From NCBI GenBank assembly GCA_951406725.2, contig OX597821.1, forward strand, positions 30,752,001-30,816,000: 64,000 nucleotides of DNA. Reading direction: 5' to 3'. The stretch is from Octopus vulgaris. Its lineage: Eukaryota. Both the position numbers and the translations under genes were made by a program. Shown piece by piece: positions 40,179-54,512 of the stretch. Positions within the stretch are counted from its first letter, which is position 1, and each line of letters opens with the position of its first letter. The notes below the pieces were generated by a model that made no database searches, was not told the origin of the DNA, and worked only from the letters and a program-made list of their open reading frames with translations.

Positions 40179-41602
40179 CAGCTTTGGCCAAATGTATTAG
40201 GACACCCCAATGTTTTTGGTTTCTATCTTAATGTTAATGAAACTCGTGCACATGGTAGTTTATGGTATTTTTCACAATATTCATTAGTTTCAATAGCTAG
40301 TCGATCCTCCTTTAGCATCAGTTACTGCTTTTATAGTGTTAGGCATTGAATCAACTAGTTTCTTGCAGGTGGTAGGAGCAATTTTACTCCATTTTTCTCT
40401 CAACGTTTTGTACAAATTCTCTTTATTTTTTATTGCTGTGTTCTTGATAGCTGCACCAAGCGTTCCCTATAGATGTTCGATCGGATTTAGATTGGGTCTT
40501 TCAGCTAGCTAGTCCCTGTGTCTCAAACTATTGACGAGAATTATTTGCTGTATGACATAGAGCGTTGTCCTATTAAAAGGTATCACGGTTTTTCAACACT
40601 CCTGGTTGCAGTTTAGCAATTGATGTGTCTAAAACATCCGATAACATAGAAACATAGGTAGCTGTCATAAGAACATTTCTCCGGGTCCTGTGGCAGACCA
40701 TGGTAGAACCACCCCCATATTTATTCAGCTTTAAATGCTTCCTCAACTCTGCGACGCACGAAAGTTGCACCAGATGTACCGAAAACCTGAGTAAATGCAT
40801 GAGAGTTAATATCAGCTTTATGTTGGATACTTTTTTTTAAATATATTTTGGGCAACAAACCTGTTACATTAAGTTTATATGTTGATTGAATTCATGTACT
40901 ATCTTAACTCATAGTTACTTTCATCAGACCATATGGCTTTCGACCATTGCTCACTGGTCCAAGTTCATTGGTTTTTGGCCCACGGAAGACGTTTTTCCAT
41001 ATTCGCTTCAGAAACGAATGGCTTTACATCCTTTCAGACAGTACTCTACGAGCCTTCTTCTAACAGTTCTGGTTGATATTTGTGAAGTACTTGCCTCGAT
41101 GAAATCCGCTGAAAGCGCAGACGATGTTTTTGTCGTTTCTGAGCGACTTGCGGATGATGGATCTGTTATCACGAGATGATGTAACCATTTTTGCTATGTG
41201 TATTGTCTTCACATCTTTTGCCTTTCTGAAGCGTTTGAGAGTCGTTTGCACCGCACATCGAGAACATTTCATCTGACCAGTTTGCCTTTGAGACATTCCA
41301 TCTTCATGATGAGCTACGATTTGACCTCGCTCACACTCACTCAACTCCCTTGTTTTAAGCATTTTAGTGTTTATTAAATGTATCTACAACGTATTTTAGC
41401 ATAAAACTCTGAAATAATCACGGAAACACAAGCTAATTTTACTCATAATTGATTGCATATGTAGAGTACAGTGTAAAAGCGGTAATTGATGCTAAAGGAG
41501 GGTCAACCAGACATTAAAACTAATGAATATTGTGAAATATACCATGATCTATAATGTGCACGCGTTTCGTTAACATTGAAATAGCAGAACACCAAAACAT
41601 TG
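40179..41602 (-). mobile_element. Decayed Tc1-like transposon with long (~200 bp) TIRs
   Basis: TA|CAGC left end; 40210-40340 is the inverse of 41468-41602; MLKTRELSECERGQIV... paired-like HTH; PNLNPIEHL (SPDLNPIE motif) near 40470-40510. Confidence 0.85.
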
Positions 41603-43649
41603 ACTGAAAGAGGTAAAACAATAAAAAATATATACTCAGCTTTTACCCCACGAACTGGCAGAATCGTTAGCACGTCGGCCCATATGCGCAGTGGTATTTC
41701 ATCTGTCTTTACGATATCCGTTCAAATTCCTAAGGACTCATCTTAGTCTTTAACGTTTCGGATTCCATAAAATAAGTACCATATCAACACTAAAGTTGGA
41801 ACAATCGACTTACTCTCTCCACCGAAATTGCTGTCCATGTGCCGAAATTTGAAACCAATATACACAATGACTTAAACCATACTTTGAAAATTCATTATTA
41901 AACAATGGAGATTATAAGTGATTAAAACCTATGGGTGTATTTTATGGACTACTATGGACCCTAATTATAATTATGTTAATGCAGAAAATTATTTCACTAT
42001 AATACCTATTGTAAAAAAAAATCAAGAAATGAAACAAAGAAGATCCGGTGGAAATTTCACATTTATAAACTTAACATCATTACATTATGTAACAGCTTTC
42101 GATATGTCAACGTATTTATTTAACAGCAAACCTAATTAAAGCTTCTCACCCAATCTCCTTTATGTTAAAAATCACACTTGTGTCACGGTGTTCATTCTAG
42201 TTATCAGGACCACGACTGTATTTCTGAGGTGTGAGCGGCATTGACTTTCGGAGGTATAGTTATATTTCCTTTTATTGCATCAAACCTGTTCTTATATTAC
42301 GTCCTTCACCATCCAAAAATGTCCAGTTGTGTTTTAATTATCTCATTAATAATATCAAGAGACTACGCCGTTTTTCTCTCTTTCACGAGTGAAGCGTAAA
42401 GTTAAAGAAATCACAGTAAACTAGGCGTTGAATTAAGCGCATTATCAAATTTAACGTGTAATATTGCCTTTATAATTGATGCAATTTGTATGATATTCCT
42501 CTAAAGATATTAAGTGATTAAAACGAAGTTCAGTCGAAGAAAATATAATAGGCTACGATGTACTTTACAAAATATCATCGTGTTATTACTGTGGATTTGC
42601 TGACCTTGCAATTTTTATGAGCTTATTTCAATGCTTTCGTAATTACTTTTGAATAAAGTAACTGCTGATATACATTTGGCAATAAATATTTAATGGCGTT
42701 GTATAAAGCCTCCTTTGATTTTACTACGGAATCTTGCATACCATTATATAACATATGATGCTTGTTGACTCGTGGAAACAATACAAGAAACGAACTTCAA
42801 ATATAACAGCGAGACTTTACTCCTCCGTTAAACAGTACAGCGGACCAAATAAAAACATCACGATTTCTGGTGGTTATAGGGTTCATCCATCGTTTGGATA
42901 ATACAGATCGGACCGTCGTTGGCTCCACGCGCACCGTTAAAAAATGCTCACCCTCCTCATAGATGATTTTGTTACATCAATTTATAGGAAGCGGATAGGC
43001 TCCAGAGTGCATTCAGATTAATTCCTTCAGGAATCACGCGCAATGTGATTGGGTCTTCGATCCAAATCCTGCGCAATGCTCAACCAGTCAAAGTACAGGA
43101 CTGAAGCAATGTTCGGAATTCACATGAGAGGTAAAGCGACCAATCATTACAGATTAATGTGCTGAGCCTATAAAAGGTTGATCGTCTTCAATATGCCATA
43201 ACAGAAATTGATCTCGACGCAAATACATTTATGTTTTGTATAAGAGATAATATAAGAATCTGTGAGAGATTATACTGGGTATGATATATGATGAAGAAAA
43301 CTATCAAACAAATTGATAAGAAAAGAACGGAGGACGATACAAGAAATAACCGATAAAATATGTTGGAGAAGAAAACAGTAACAAGAATTAGAAGAGAAAC
43401 GTTCGGAATACTATATTCATTCATGATATGTTTTCAGTTATACTGGCATATTCGTTCATGAATACTGGCTTTCTTGTTCATAATAATTCATTAAAGAACT
43501 AAATAAACGAATATATGAATTGGAACACTCTACAATTACCCGAGTTATTTTTGAAATAACTGAGAACGTATCGTAAATAAAAGTGTGTTTTTTTGTATGT
43601 GTAGTGTATTATACACAAGTGGTGCACGCACACGCACTACAAACACATA

Positions 43650-43704
<55 letters not shown>

Positions 43705-43777
43705 GTATGTATGTATGTATATACTTATATACGTATATGTATATATGTATATATATATACATATATATATTCATGTA

Positions 43778-43808
<31 letters not shown>

Positions 43809-43879
43809 TTATATATATATGTATATATATGTATATATATTTATATATATATTTATATATAAATATATAAATAAATAAG

Positions 43880-43969
<90 letters not shown>

Positions 43970-44829
43970 TACACGCACACGCACAGACAAAGAGAGGGAG
44001 AGAAAACAGATAATGAAAGTGCTATTGATTACACGTACCGCACATAAATTTATATATATGTGTGTGTGTGGTGTGTGTGTGTGTATGTGTGTGTATTTGC
44101 ATGCATACATATATATATACAGACACGCACAAACACGTACATACACACGTATATAAATAATTCTTACCATGTATGTATGTAACCGGTTTTTATCTAGGTT
44201 TTACCGCATGTATATATTTATTTAGTCTTATCTGTATGTATGACGTTATCTAAGAATCTATGATTACAGGGTTTTCTTTTTCATCTTTTTCATCGTCTTA
44301 CTGAACTTTCCTTATTGATCTTTAGAAATGACAGAGAATGAGTCCAAAAGATAAATAGACACATTGATTTAAATATATATATATATATATATATATACGT
44401 TACAACTATAGAAAGAAAAGTACCTGTTTATCGCGTGTAAATCATTAACAACTAAAAGACATTGTCAGTCATGATTGATAAAGTCCTTCCTTCTATAATC
44501 TCTGTAATAGTGGTATTATAGATGAAAGAAACAGAAATCCTGGGGAAAAAATCAGTGTACTGCTAGTAGTGAGGTATAAGGTAGGAAATCTAATCTTGAT
44601 TTAGTAATATTTTCAAAACTCTGGCGGAAAACCCTCTCAGAGGGCTTTCACAAGCACGATCAAAATTCTCAAAATATAATCCATAATGCCTCGAACAATA
44701 TTTACCTATGCGTTGCTTTCTCCATTTCGTTTATCGTTCATTCTGAATGTTTAACATTTACGGTCCTTTAAAAAAGAATATATAGCTGTATATATGTAGA
44801 AAAACACATAAACACACAGAGACACATAT

Positions 44830-44868
<39 letters not shown>

Positions 44869-44870
<2 letters not shown>

Positions 44871-45279
44871 CGTAGGAGTAGCTGCGTGATAAGTAGTTTG
44901 CTTACCAACCACATGGTTCCGAGTTCAGACCCACTGCGTGGCACCTTGGGCAAGTGTCTTCTACTATATCTTCGGTCCGACCAAAGCCTTGCGAGTGTAT
45001 TTGGTAGACAGAAACTGAAGGAAACCTGTCGTATCTATGTACATGTATATCTGTGTGTGTGTCTGTGTGTATGTCTGTGTGTCTATTTGTCCCCCCAACA
45101 TCACTTGCCAACCGATGCTGGTGTCTTTACCTCCCCGTAACTTAGCGGTTCAGCAAAAGAGACCAATAGAATACGTACTAGGCTTACAAACAATAAGTCC
45201 TGGGATCGATTAGTTCGACTAAATGCGGTGCTCCAGCATGGCCGCAGTCAATGACTGAAACAAGTGAATTAGTAAAAGA
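44869..45279 (+). mobile_element. CORE-type tRNA-SINE
   Basis: Full-length match to the family. Confidence 0.9.
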
Positions 45280-45286
45280 GCATATG

Positions 45287-45467
<181 letters not shown>

Positions 45468-46401
45468 TACATACATACATGTATATATGTGATCTATAAG
45501 TATCGGGATTTTGCCATGGTAACGAAGATGAAGCACACAAAGTGAATCTACTGAGCACAAATTGACCTTGAAATCTGTTGTGCATACACGCTTATTTTTG
45601 CCTGTAGCGTATGAGTATCTCATTATTAAGACACAGAATGTTTGAGCAGAGAATTTATGTCAAATTTAGCCAAAACCTTGGCGATACCTGCCCAGAGACC
45701 TCTCCATACTCTTTCAGCAACTTTGGGTAGGCTTGTGACCAGGTATTTGCATAACTATGTTCTCAGTCATGGTCAATGCGACGATCACACGCTACACACC
45801 TTACTTCTAAGCACTGCTGTAAACAGCGTAAGTGAGCCAGAAGATTAAAACTTAATGTGCATCCACAAAAAAGTTCAAGGTTACTATTTACCAAGCAGCT
45901 CTACTCTGCATGCTTTAGCTTCATTACCATGGTAACATTCCCAATACTTATTGATCACACCTCGAAAAATACAGCGTACACTGTATACTATTTTCCTTGC
46001 TGTGTTAAAAAGATATCTTGTGTATATCTTTGCGGTTATTTTTGTAGTTATATTACTAACCCAATTGCATTATATGGAGTTTTCAGGAACATAGGCATGA
46101 TTATGGTAGTATTCCGACCATCTCCAAGGGACTAGAATTGAACTGGCCCATTGTTATAAAATAAAGAACTGTGAGCGAGTGGGAGTTCGGATTTGTAAAG
46201 GAGCTCAGTGTGAGCTGTTGATTTAGAACGACGAGTCTCAAGTAATAGTGATTGTATTGCTTCGTGAAAATACTTACTTTCCTTCTTGCCTCTTTAAATT
46301 ATTAACACAACAGCAGATTATAAAATTGCAACGAGTTCTTTTTGTTTGGTACGAAATCAAAGAAAAACAATCGTTTTCGCACGGAAGATTTTTTAGCCAC
46401 C

Positions 46402-47320
46402 ATGGTGCCGTTACAAAAGCAACAGGAGCAGGAACAGCAACAACTGCATCAGCAACTGCAGCAGCAACTACGTCAGCAACAAGAACAAAACCAACAGTTG
46501 CTGGAATTAATGTTTGAAGACGTCTGAAAATACTTCCGGTTCGTACTCGCCAGACAGCATAGCAAACTCAATTGAAGAATTCAGCTATAATCCAGAAGAT
46601 GGGATTACCTTTTCTATCTATTTTCGAAGATGCGTAGAAATCTTCAAAGGAGAGTATAAAAGTTGGTCCGCCGAGGAAAAATGTACGACTACTTTTAGGA
46701 AAATTATCTCCTACCGAACACGAAAAATATAGAAACTATATTTTGCCAAAGAAATCAGGTGGGATTTGTTTCCATGAACCAATTTTTTATCGAAAAGTTT
46801 CTGTGAAAGAATTATCGGTATATTACTCGCTGGCAATATTTAAATTTGGTCAAAAAAGTTGACGAAGTGTTCGTCCCTTATGCCGGAGAGGTTAACATAG
46901 AGTGTGAGCAATTCAAATTGAATATGTTTACCCCGGACATGTTCAAGTGTTCAGTTTTTCTTGAAGGCCTTACAGCAAGCAAAGATGCAGATATACGTTC
47001 TCGAATATTAACAAAATTTTAACAGGACCAAATATTAACTCTACAGACAGTAGCAGAAGAATGTCAGATGATTATAAATCAACAACACGACATGTAATAT
47101 TGAAGAGAAAGATTGTTCTCATATTAATGCTTGTCAACCGGTATCGACTAAGAAAAATTTCAAGACCAAATCCATGTTATGGATGCGGTGGTCTGCATGT
47201 TAAAAGTAACTGTTCATTTAAAAATATAAAGTGCTTCAAGTGTGGTAAGATAGGTCATAAAAAGTCACACTGTAAAACAAAGCCTAAAGATATGGTAAGG
47301 AAAGCTAGGAGGACAGTGTA
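46402..47320 (+). pseudogene. Ty3/gypsy-type gag remnant
   Basis: Gln-rich N-terminus, IANSIEEFSYNPEDGITF..YFRR, tandem zinc knuckles CYGCGGLH...C and CFKCGKIGHKKSHC; stops and frameshifts. Confidence 0.75.
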
Positions 47321-47507
47321 ATTATTAAACAAATTGGGAGAATGATATTCCTGGTAAAAAGAAAAAATGTCGAATATGTTAACCAGCCTAGGAAAAGATT
47401 CACGGAAAATATAGTCACGAGAAATGAAATCCCCATGGAAGTACACATTTGAGGTACCAACATCCAAACAATTTGATGTATTGTGATATGACACATATTG
47501 TTTTATA

Positions 47508-47925
47508 CAATCATTTCGGTTTGAACGGCATTTTTTTCTAGCGGTGTCATATGAAATTGTCAACCATAATTATGACCCTATTATCGATCTATTGCATTTC
47601 AATCTGTTTTAGGGTTAGGGTTAGGGATGGGGGGAAGGCTATCTTGTTTCTTCACAAATGTAAATAAATCCAATCTGTTTTTTAAACGAGTGACATATTC
47701 ATACCTCACAGAATGTTTTATTTACCTCAATAGACGTCATTGATTGGTTGAAATTACAGAAATTGAAGAGAAACAGCAACAAATATCTTACAAACTATAG
47801 AATTTTCTCAATAAAGCCAAGAGAAAAAGATGTTTTATAAACACAGTCGACCAGTATACGAAGTTTAAAAGTGTTTAGTTACCTAGAAATTGTGTTAAAA
47901 ACTGCCGTTCAAACCGAAAAAATCC
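47508..47925 (+). mobile_element. Merlin-like MITE with (TTAGGG)n, copy 4
   Basis: TIRs (left end eroded); TSD gttttata/gttttatt. Confidence 0.85.
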
Positions 47926-48266
47926 GTTTTATTTTATTTCAACATTGTATATTGTAAAACCAAGTGATTCCCTTGATAGGTATGTTTGGCACGAACTTAT
48001 AAGCGCGTGTATTCGGATTTCCGATCGGGCGGCGTATGTCATCTTGTGCACGTCAGTACGTATGTTGTTCTAATTTCTTTTGTTTAAAATGCGTACCAAT
48101 CTAGTTCTTGTTTGGATCTCTCTTTTCGCCTCCATTGATCCTAACCATATTATTTGTTCGAGAGTGGAGCAGCTGAGATGCTCATTCTTTCCTTCTTTCT
48201 TTCTTTTTTTCTTTCTTTCTTTCGGTTTGTCTGTCTGTTTGTCTCTCTCCCTCTCCTTCTATCTCC

Positions 48267-48355
<89 letters not shown>

Positions 48356-48404
48356 GTGAATTGAAGAAATGGAGCTGAACGCAGATTGAACAGAAATCGT
48401 TTTA

Positions 48405-48494
48405 TTTCATTCTACACGTGTTTCGAAAGGCACAAATTACCAAAATCCGATTGAATAATGGGACCATATTGTGTCTTTCTCTTCAGGAAGAAAA
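48405..48494 (-). ncRNA. Type I hammerhead ribozyme motif (left arm)
   Basis: Reverse complement of 48619-48708. Confidence 0.8.
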
Positions 48495-48618
48495 TAGGAA
48501 ATCCGTTGGAAAAAAAAAAATAGCCGAAACTCAGTTTCGCCATGGGCCCTTAGGAGCCTAGTTCGATTTGTTTTCGCTCCGCCTCTGTTCTGTTTTTTTT
48601 TTTCCAACGGATTTCCTA

Positions 48619-48708
48619 TTTTCTTCCTGAAGAGAAAGACACAATATGGTCCCATTATTCAATCGGATTTTGGTAATTTGTGCCTTTCGAAACACGTGTA
48701 GAATGAAA
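48619..48708 (+). ncRNA. Type I hammerhead ribozyme motif (right arm)
   Basis: TTTTCTTC CTGAAGA GAAAGACAC...GTGCCTTTC GAAA CACGTG TA GAATGAAA; palindromic stem III, GUA triplet. Confidence 0.8.
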
Positions 48709-48916
48709 TAAAACGATTTCTGTTCAATCTGCGTTCAGCTCCATTTCTTCAATTCACCAATAATATTTTAATTTCAATTATCCGCACCAACGCACGGTTG
48801 CAACACCATATGGTTGTACCTCCAACCGTGCTGTTTACTGCTGTGATTTTTGCTACTAAGGTATCGGTTAAACTTTTGATTAATCTACTACAAGATTATT
48901 CATCTTTCTATTTCAC

Positions 48917-48974
<58 letters not shown>

Positions 48975-49190
48975 GAAGGGGAATATTCCGGGTGTTGTAT
49001 GTCCTGTACTCTATTTTTTTCGTTGTTTAAGAAAAGTGTCCATTTCCTTGGTTTTGTGTTTATGTTTTCGTTTCTCATTGTGTTCGACGTTTTTTTGGTG
49101 TCCTGTAACCAAATATGCATGTATATATACATCTAGATGTAGGTACGTACATATATGTATGTATATATGCATGTTTTATTTATTAATTTG

Positions 49191-49259
<69 letters not shown>

Positions 49260-49866
49260 TATGTATGTACGTATGTATACATATATGTGCGTGTGTGTGG
49301 AGCACTCTTCTATCTTTACTATCTCTTCTCCTCTCATCTTCACCGTTCCCTCTCTAACTCCTCTCCTCCACGCTCACGCCGCTGACACGTGACGAAAGAG
49401 AATTTATCTTTTTGCACATTACCTTTCTAAAAACTACACGTGTTTATACTGTCTCCTCTCATAAGCTCGTCTTCCTCGCGTTCATAATAATTTTTCTATC
49501 GTCTTGGCTTAACAGCCCTCACCATTTGTTTTTACTATTTTGTACTCACTGACCTGTTCTTGTTACCACTTTCACCCTCCACAAAAAATACCAAATTTTA
49601 TTTAATTTGCTTTGCGGGAAGGACTGTTTTAACAAAGTTGTGTATTGTCCTTGCCTTCAGCACGCGGAATAGATGAAACGGAGACAACTAAAGACGGTGA
49701 ATATTCTTTATGTAGGATATTTCGTTTCTCTGTTTTTTTCGTTGTTCGTTTCTATGTTTTTATTTTTATGTTTTCGTGTTTTCGTTTCTCAATGTGTTCA
49801 AAGTTTTTTGATGTCATGTACCCATATATGCATGTATATATGCATATTTTTATATAGTATATATAT

Positions 49867-49955
<89 letters not shown>

Positions 49956-50800
49956 TTCCGAGTTGATACTTACAAGAACTAAATAGCACACGGTACACGC
50001 TACCACGAAATAATTATTTAGAAGAAATCCCTACGCTCTACATCATATATTAATACACATCCGAATGTGTCATTCTTTGAGACATTGCGGATTTTCTACT
50101 GCTATGTTGCTGTCTTTCTAAATTTGGTCGTACTTCTCCGATCCTACAGTGTTTTAGCACCAATGCATTTGTACATTATCTTCAAACCTAAGCAACTACA
50201 TTAGTTTCTTTGAAAGAGTAAATACATTTAAACGTACTTTCATTCATTCATTCACTCATTCATTCATTCATGCATTTATTCTTTCTTTCATTCATTCTTT
50301 TATTTACACATCTGTATCTTCAAAGTTGTATTTCATTTCGTTTCTTGCTTATCATTTTACTTTCACTTTTAATTCATATTAAAATACTCACTATTGGCTT
50401 TCCTCTCTCTTCCCGCTAAATTCATTATTTAGCATGTCAAGCTATTATCCTTACCTATCATTAAACAGAATTAATACTATATAGAATTCAATCCGCATCA
50501 CTTCAAAGCCCGTGGTTATCCATGTTCCATGATCTAAGTAGAGTATTCACGTTGTGCTGCAAAATTTCTTATGATGATGTATAAAATAATGTAGTGAATT
50601 AAACTTACATAGATGCACTTAGACACATGCATACACATACATATGTATGTGTGTATATATGCATGTAGGTGTGTGCATACATGTGTATGTGTATGTATAT
50701 AAGTATATATGTACATATGCATATACATGTATATACGTAAATAGACATGTCTCTCTCTATATATAAATAAATATATATATATGTACATATGTATATAGAT

Positions 50801-50845
<45 letters not shown>

Positions 50846-51509
50846 AATATATATGCATATATATGTATATATATATGCGTGTGAGTATGTGTGTGTGTGT
50901 GCGCGCATACACATATATGTATATATATTTATATATAACCATACATATATATATATACATATATATATGCACACGCACACACAAACACACACACTCATAT
51001 ACATACAGACGTATGTGCTTCATAGTGTATAAATTGAAATGTCTGACTAACAAAGTAACATACCCATTAGCAAAAGTGAAATTTGAAAGCTGTATGTTTT
51101 ATAACAGTAACGCTTATGCGTATGGTTCCTTCATCTTTCTCTGTATTGATATAAATATGTAAAATTCAAATTTATGTCCCTCAGGCAATTCAAATCATGA
51201 TATTTGTATGCTTTGGATGTTGACGAATCTATGTTGCTCTAAACGTATCATTTAACGTTTGCGATTGCCTGACAATTTGAATTTATATTTTAAGGCTAAA
51301 AATTACATGAACAAGATGTGCAAATATGTATACATAATCATATCGCAAGTATCATGAATGTCAGCACTTTGTCTGGTTAAATACCGTCGCTCAAATTCGC
51401 TGCAAATTTTAAGCATTGTGTTTTTGTAATTATCGTAGGAGGATAGTATGGGTAAAATACCAGCGGTTCTCTTCATACATGCATACATGCGTACATATAT
51501 ACGTACATA

Positions 51510-51947
51510 GGATCTTTTCGGTATGAACGGCAGTTTTTAACATAATTTCTAGGTAACTAAAAAATTTTGAACTTCGTATACTGGTAGAATGTGTTTATAA
51601 AACATATTTTTCTCTTGGCTTTATTGAGAAAATTCTATAGTTTGTAAGATATTTGTTGTTTTTTTCTTCAATTTCTGCAATTTCAACCAATCACTGACGT
51701 CCATTGAGGTAAAAAAAACATTCTGTGCCGTATGAATATGTCCCTCGTTTAAGAAACAGATTGGGTTTATTTACATTTGTGAAGAAAAAAGATACCCCTC
51801 GCCCACCCTTAAGCCTAACCCTAACCATAACTAACCCTAACCCTAAAACAAATTGAAATGCAATAGATCGATACTAGGGTCATAATTATGGGTGACAATT
51901 TCATATGACACCGGTCGAAAAAACTGCCGTTCAAACCGAAAAGATCC
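51510..51947 (-). mobile_element. Merlin-like MITE with (CCCTAA)n, copy 5
   Basis: TIRs; perfect 8-bp TSD cgtacata. Confidence 0.9.
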
Positions 51948-52399
51948 CGTACATATATTATACACACGTATGTGTGTGTGTGTATGTGTGTGTGTGTGTG
52001 TGTGTGCGTGCGTGTGTATGTATGCTCTCTCAAATCATACACATAAAAAGCAACGATCCATCGTTTTGTACAGTTTCCACAATCCTTTTACACATCTGTA
52101 AAAGAGATCGAAAATAAAATAAAAGAATTCCCAAGATCATTTCATACTTTACACACGCACATTGGAAGCCATATTTGTCAACGGACATAGCGCACCAACT
52201 AACTCAATGCAAAGCAGGTCAGGAGTCACTTCCACAACCCGTTAGCCAGCAACAATAAACATCCTCATTGACAATCGCTGTCTGACCTAATTCCACAGTA
52301 GCAAACCAGGACTAACAATCGCAACAATAACAGCCTGCTACTGTTACTACATTGGAAGCACCTTGTTTGTCACCACTATCTGACCTGATTTCACCTAGC

Positions 52400-53800
52400 T
52401 CTACTGTTGCAAGTCAAGTTTCACTGCCACTGCAACAACAAGTATGCTACAGCTACTACAATAGGACCACTCTCCAATGAGCCTGCCAATATAGAAAAAC
52501 CTCTACTATACCCACGTCAAAACCCTTGTCGTTACCATTCTCAAGGTAACTGTAGATTTGCCCCCAGCGGCAGCAACAAGGGATGATGTGCTTTTTTTTT
52601 CATTCTACCTTATGCCGTACACTTGTTAAGGGCTCCTGTCCATATGGTATAACCGGAAAAAACTGCCCTCAACTCCACCCCAAATACTGTCCTAAATACA
52701 TAGTCCATGGCCCTGATCCTGAATATAGATGCACAAAAGGCAATGGATACACCTTCTTCCAGCCTAAACTGTGCCAGACCTCTCTGTATCACTAAGGATG
52801 TGCTTGAACCCAGAATGCAACCAACACCATCTGAAGGGCACAAAATGATCGAAAAATAATTATAAATAACAACAGAGTAAACCTACGACAACAACAAAAC
52901 AAAATTCAATCACATTGCACCTCCTACAACCAAACCACGAAGACAGAACTATGGAAAAACCATAACACCAAATAACATAAACATGAACTATGTATCATCT
53001 GAACAAGTGGCAAATCAAAGAGGCAACTGTGTTTTACTAACTTATGTAGAAAATATGAAGGCCGACGTAAACCAGAAGATCCAAGGAGCTATCAGTAACG
53101 ATTTATTCAAAACACAAGGAACACCCACCCACCACCAAGTAGAAAATCATATACACATAACCCCATACAAAAATTACCCTCATTGCCACATCTGAACAAA
53201 ATAAAACATAATTTAGGATCTTTTCCTCTTGAACGGCAGTTTTCAACAGAATTTCTAGTCAACTAAACACTTTTAAACTTCGTATACTGGTAGAATGTGT
53301 CAAAATAAAACATTTTTTCTCTTGACTTTCTTGAGAAAATTGTAATTTGTAAGTTTAACGTAGTTTAATTTTTCGAATTTTAACCAATCGATGGCCTCTA
53401 TTGAGCTAAAATAATTTGCTGCGTCTAAAACTGAGACAACATCCTGTCACTAACCCTAACCCTAACCCAAACCCTAAATTTTAGCCTTTCGTTTTATTTT
53501 CTTAATTGTTATCCTTAAATTAATTTAACAATTAAGAAAGAAAAACGAAAGGCTAAACCGAAAGCAAAAACACAAAACAAAAACAAAACGAATAATTTTA
53601 GACACGCTTAACAATTAGATCCATAATTTAGAACAATGCAAACATGAATCATCTTTACCTCCACATTCCAGTTAAATGTACTTGGCATCAATCCATCACT
53701 CATTGCCCAAAAATGGAAGACCTCATATATAAAGAGTTGGTTTGCCGCAACGGCACGTTGCTTCCCCCTTTTTTTTTATCCTTACTGAAACTGACCTAAA
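52400..53800 (+). pseudogene. Decayed LINE (CR1/L2-group-like) ORF1 with CCCH-type fingers and the start of an APE endonuclease, interrupted by a MITE
   Basis: CRYHSQGNC; CPYGITGKNCPQLHPKYC; CTKG...PKLC; later FFILTETDL (APE E-T motif). Confidence 0.55.
53216..53622 (-). mobile_element. Variant of the telomere-repeat MITE with a replaced end and an internal hairpin
   Basis: GGATCT.../...AGATCC, perfect TSD ataattta, (CCCTAA)n, hairpin ttagcctttcgtt.../...aacgaaaggctaa. Confidence 0.85.
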
Positions 53801-54142
53801 CGGCGAGGGTTCCAGTTGATCCGATCCACGGAACAGCCTGTTCGTGAAATTAACGTGCAAGTGGCTGAGCACTCCACAGACACGTGTACCCTTAACGTAG
53901 TTCTCGGAGAGATTCAGCGTGACACTGTGACAAGGGGCCCCCTTTGAGAAACATGTAAAGTGAAATAGGAAGAAAAAGTGAGAGAACGAGCGCAGCAGGG
54001 TTCGCCACCACCCCTGGCCGGAGCATCGTGGAGCTTTAGATGTTTACGCTCAATAAACGCAAACAACGCCAGATCTGGCAATCGAAACCGTGATCCTACG
54101 ACCGCGAGTCCGCTACTCTAACCACTGGGCCATTGCGCCTCC
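53800..54142 (-). mobile_element. tRNA-derived SINE (Arg-like head) joined to the tail of another SINE family
   Basis: Minus head ggaggcgcaatggcccagtggttagag...ggtttcgattg; 53800-53955 matches 58270-58440 and 60900-61040. Confidence 0.75.
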
Positions 54143-54512
54143 ACTGTGAAAGTGCTACTAATACTTATATTCAGCAAGCTTAATCTAAGTAATGAAGGTC
54201 TTTATTTCTATATATTATATTCTATGTACTATCACATTCGACTAATCATTTCAATATTAGTACTATCCCATGTATTCATAACCAGATAAAGTTCTGTGCT
54301 TAGATTACTTGTTTATTTATTTTAAATATGTAAGACTGATAAATATAATCTTACTTTCAAGATAGGTTAATCGTATAATCGTGCAAAAATATGTTCTGGA
54401 AGTCAAAATATTTATATTATCATACTCAGTTGATTTTGGTCCTTGACTATGTATGTATTTGTTCAAGTATATATGTATAACTATGTGGGTGCATGCATTT
54501 AATATAAATATA

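Larger units (their letters stand above)
48347..48766. repeat. 174-bp inverted repeat with no mismatches seen (48347-48520 / 48593-48766), PLE inverted pseudo-LTR-like
   Basis: Arms are reverse complements as far as read, with a 72-bp spacer. Confidence 0.95.

Noticed and set aside
51303-51488. Protein-like minus-strand ORF (ILPILSSYDNYKNTMLKICSEFERRY...) as another exon
   Set aside because: No convincing acceptor or donor; cannot be supported without transcript data.
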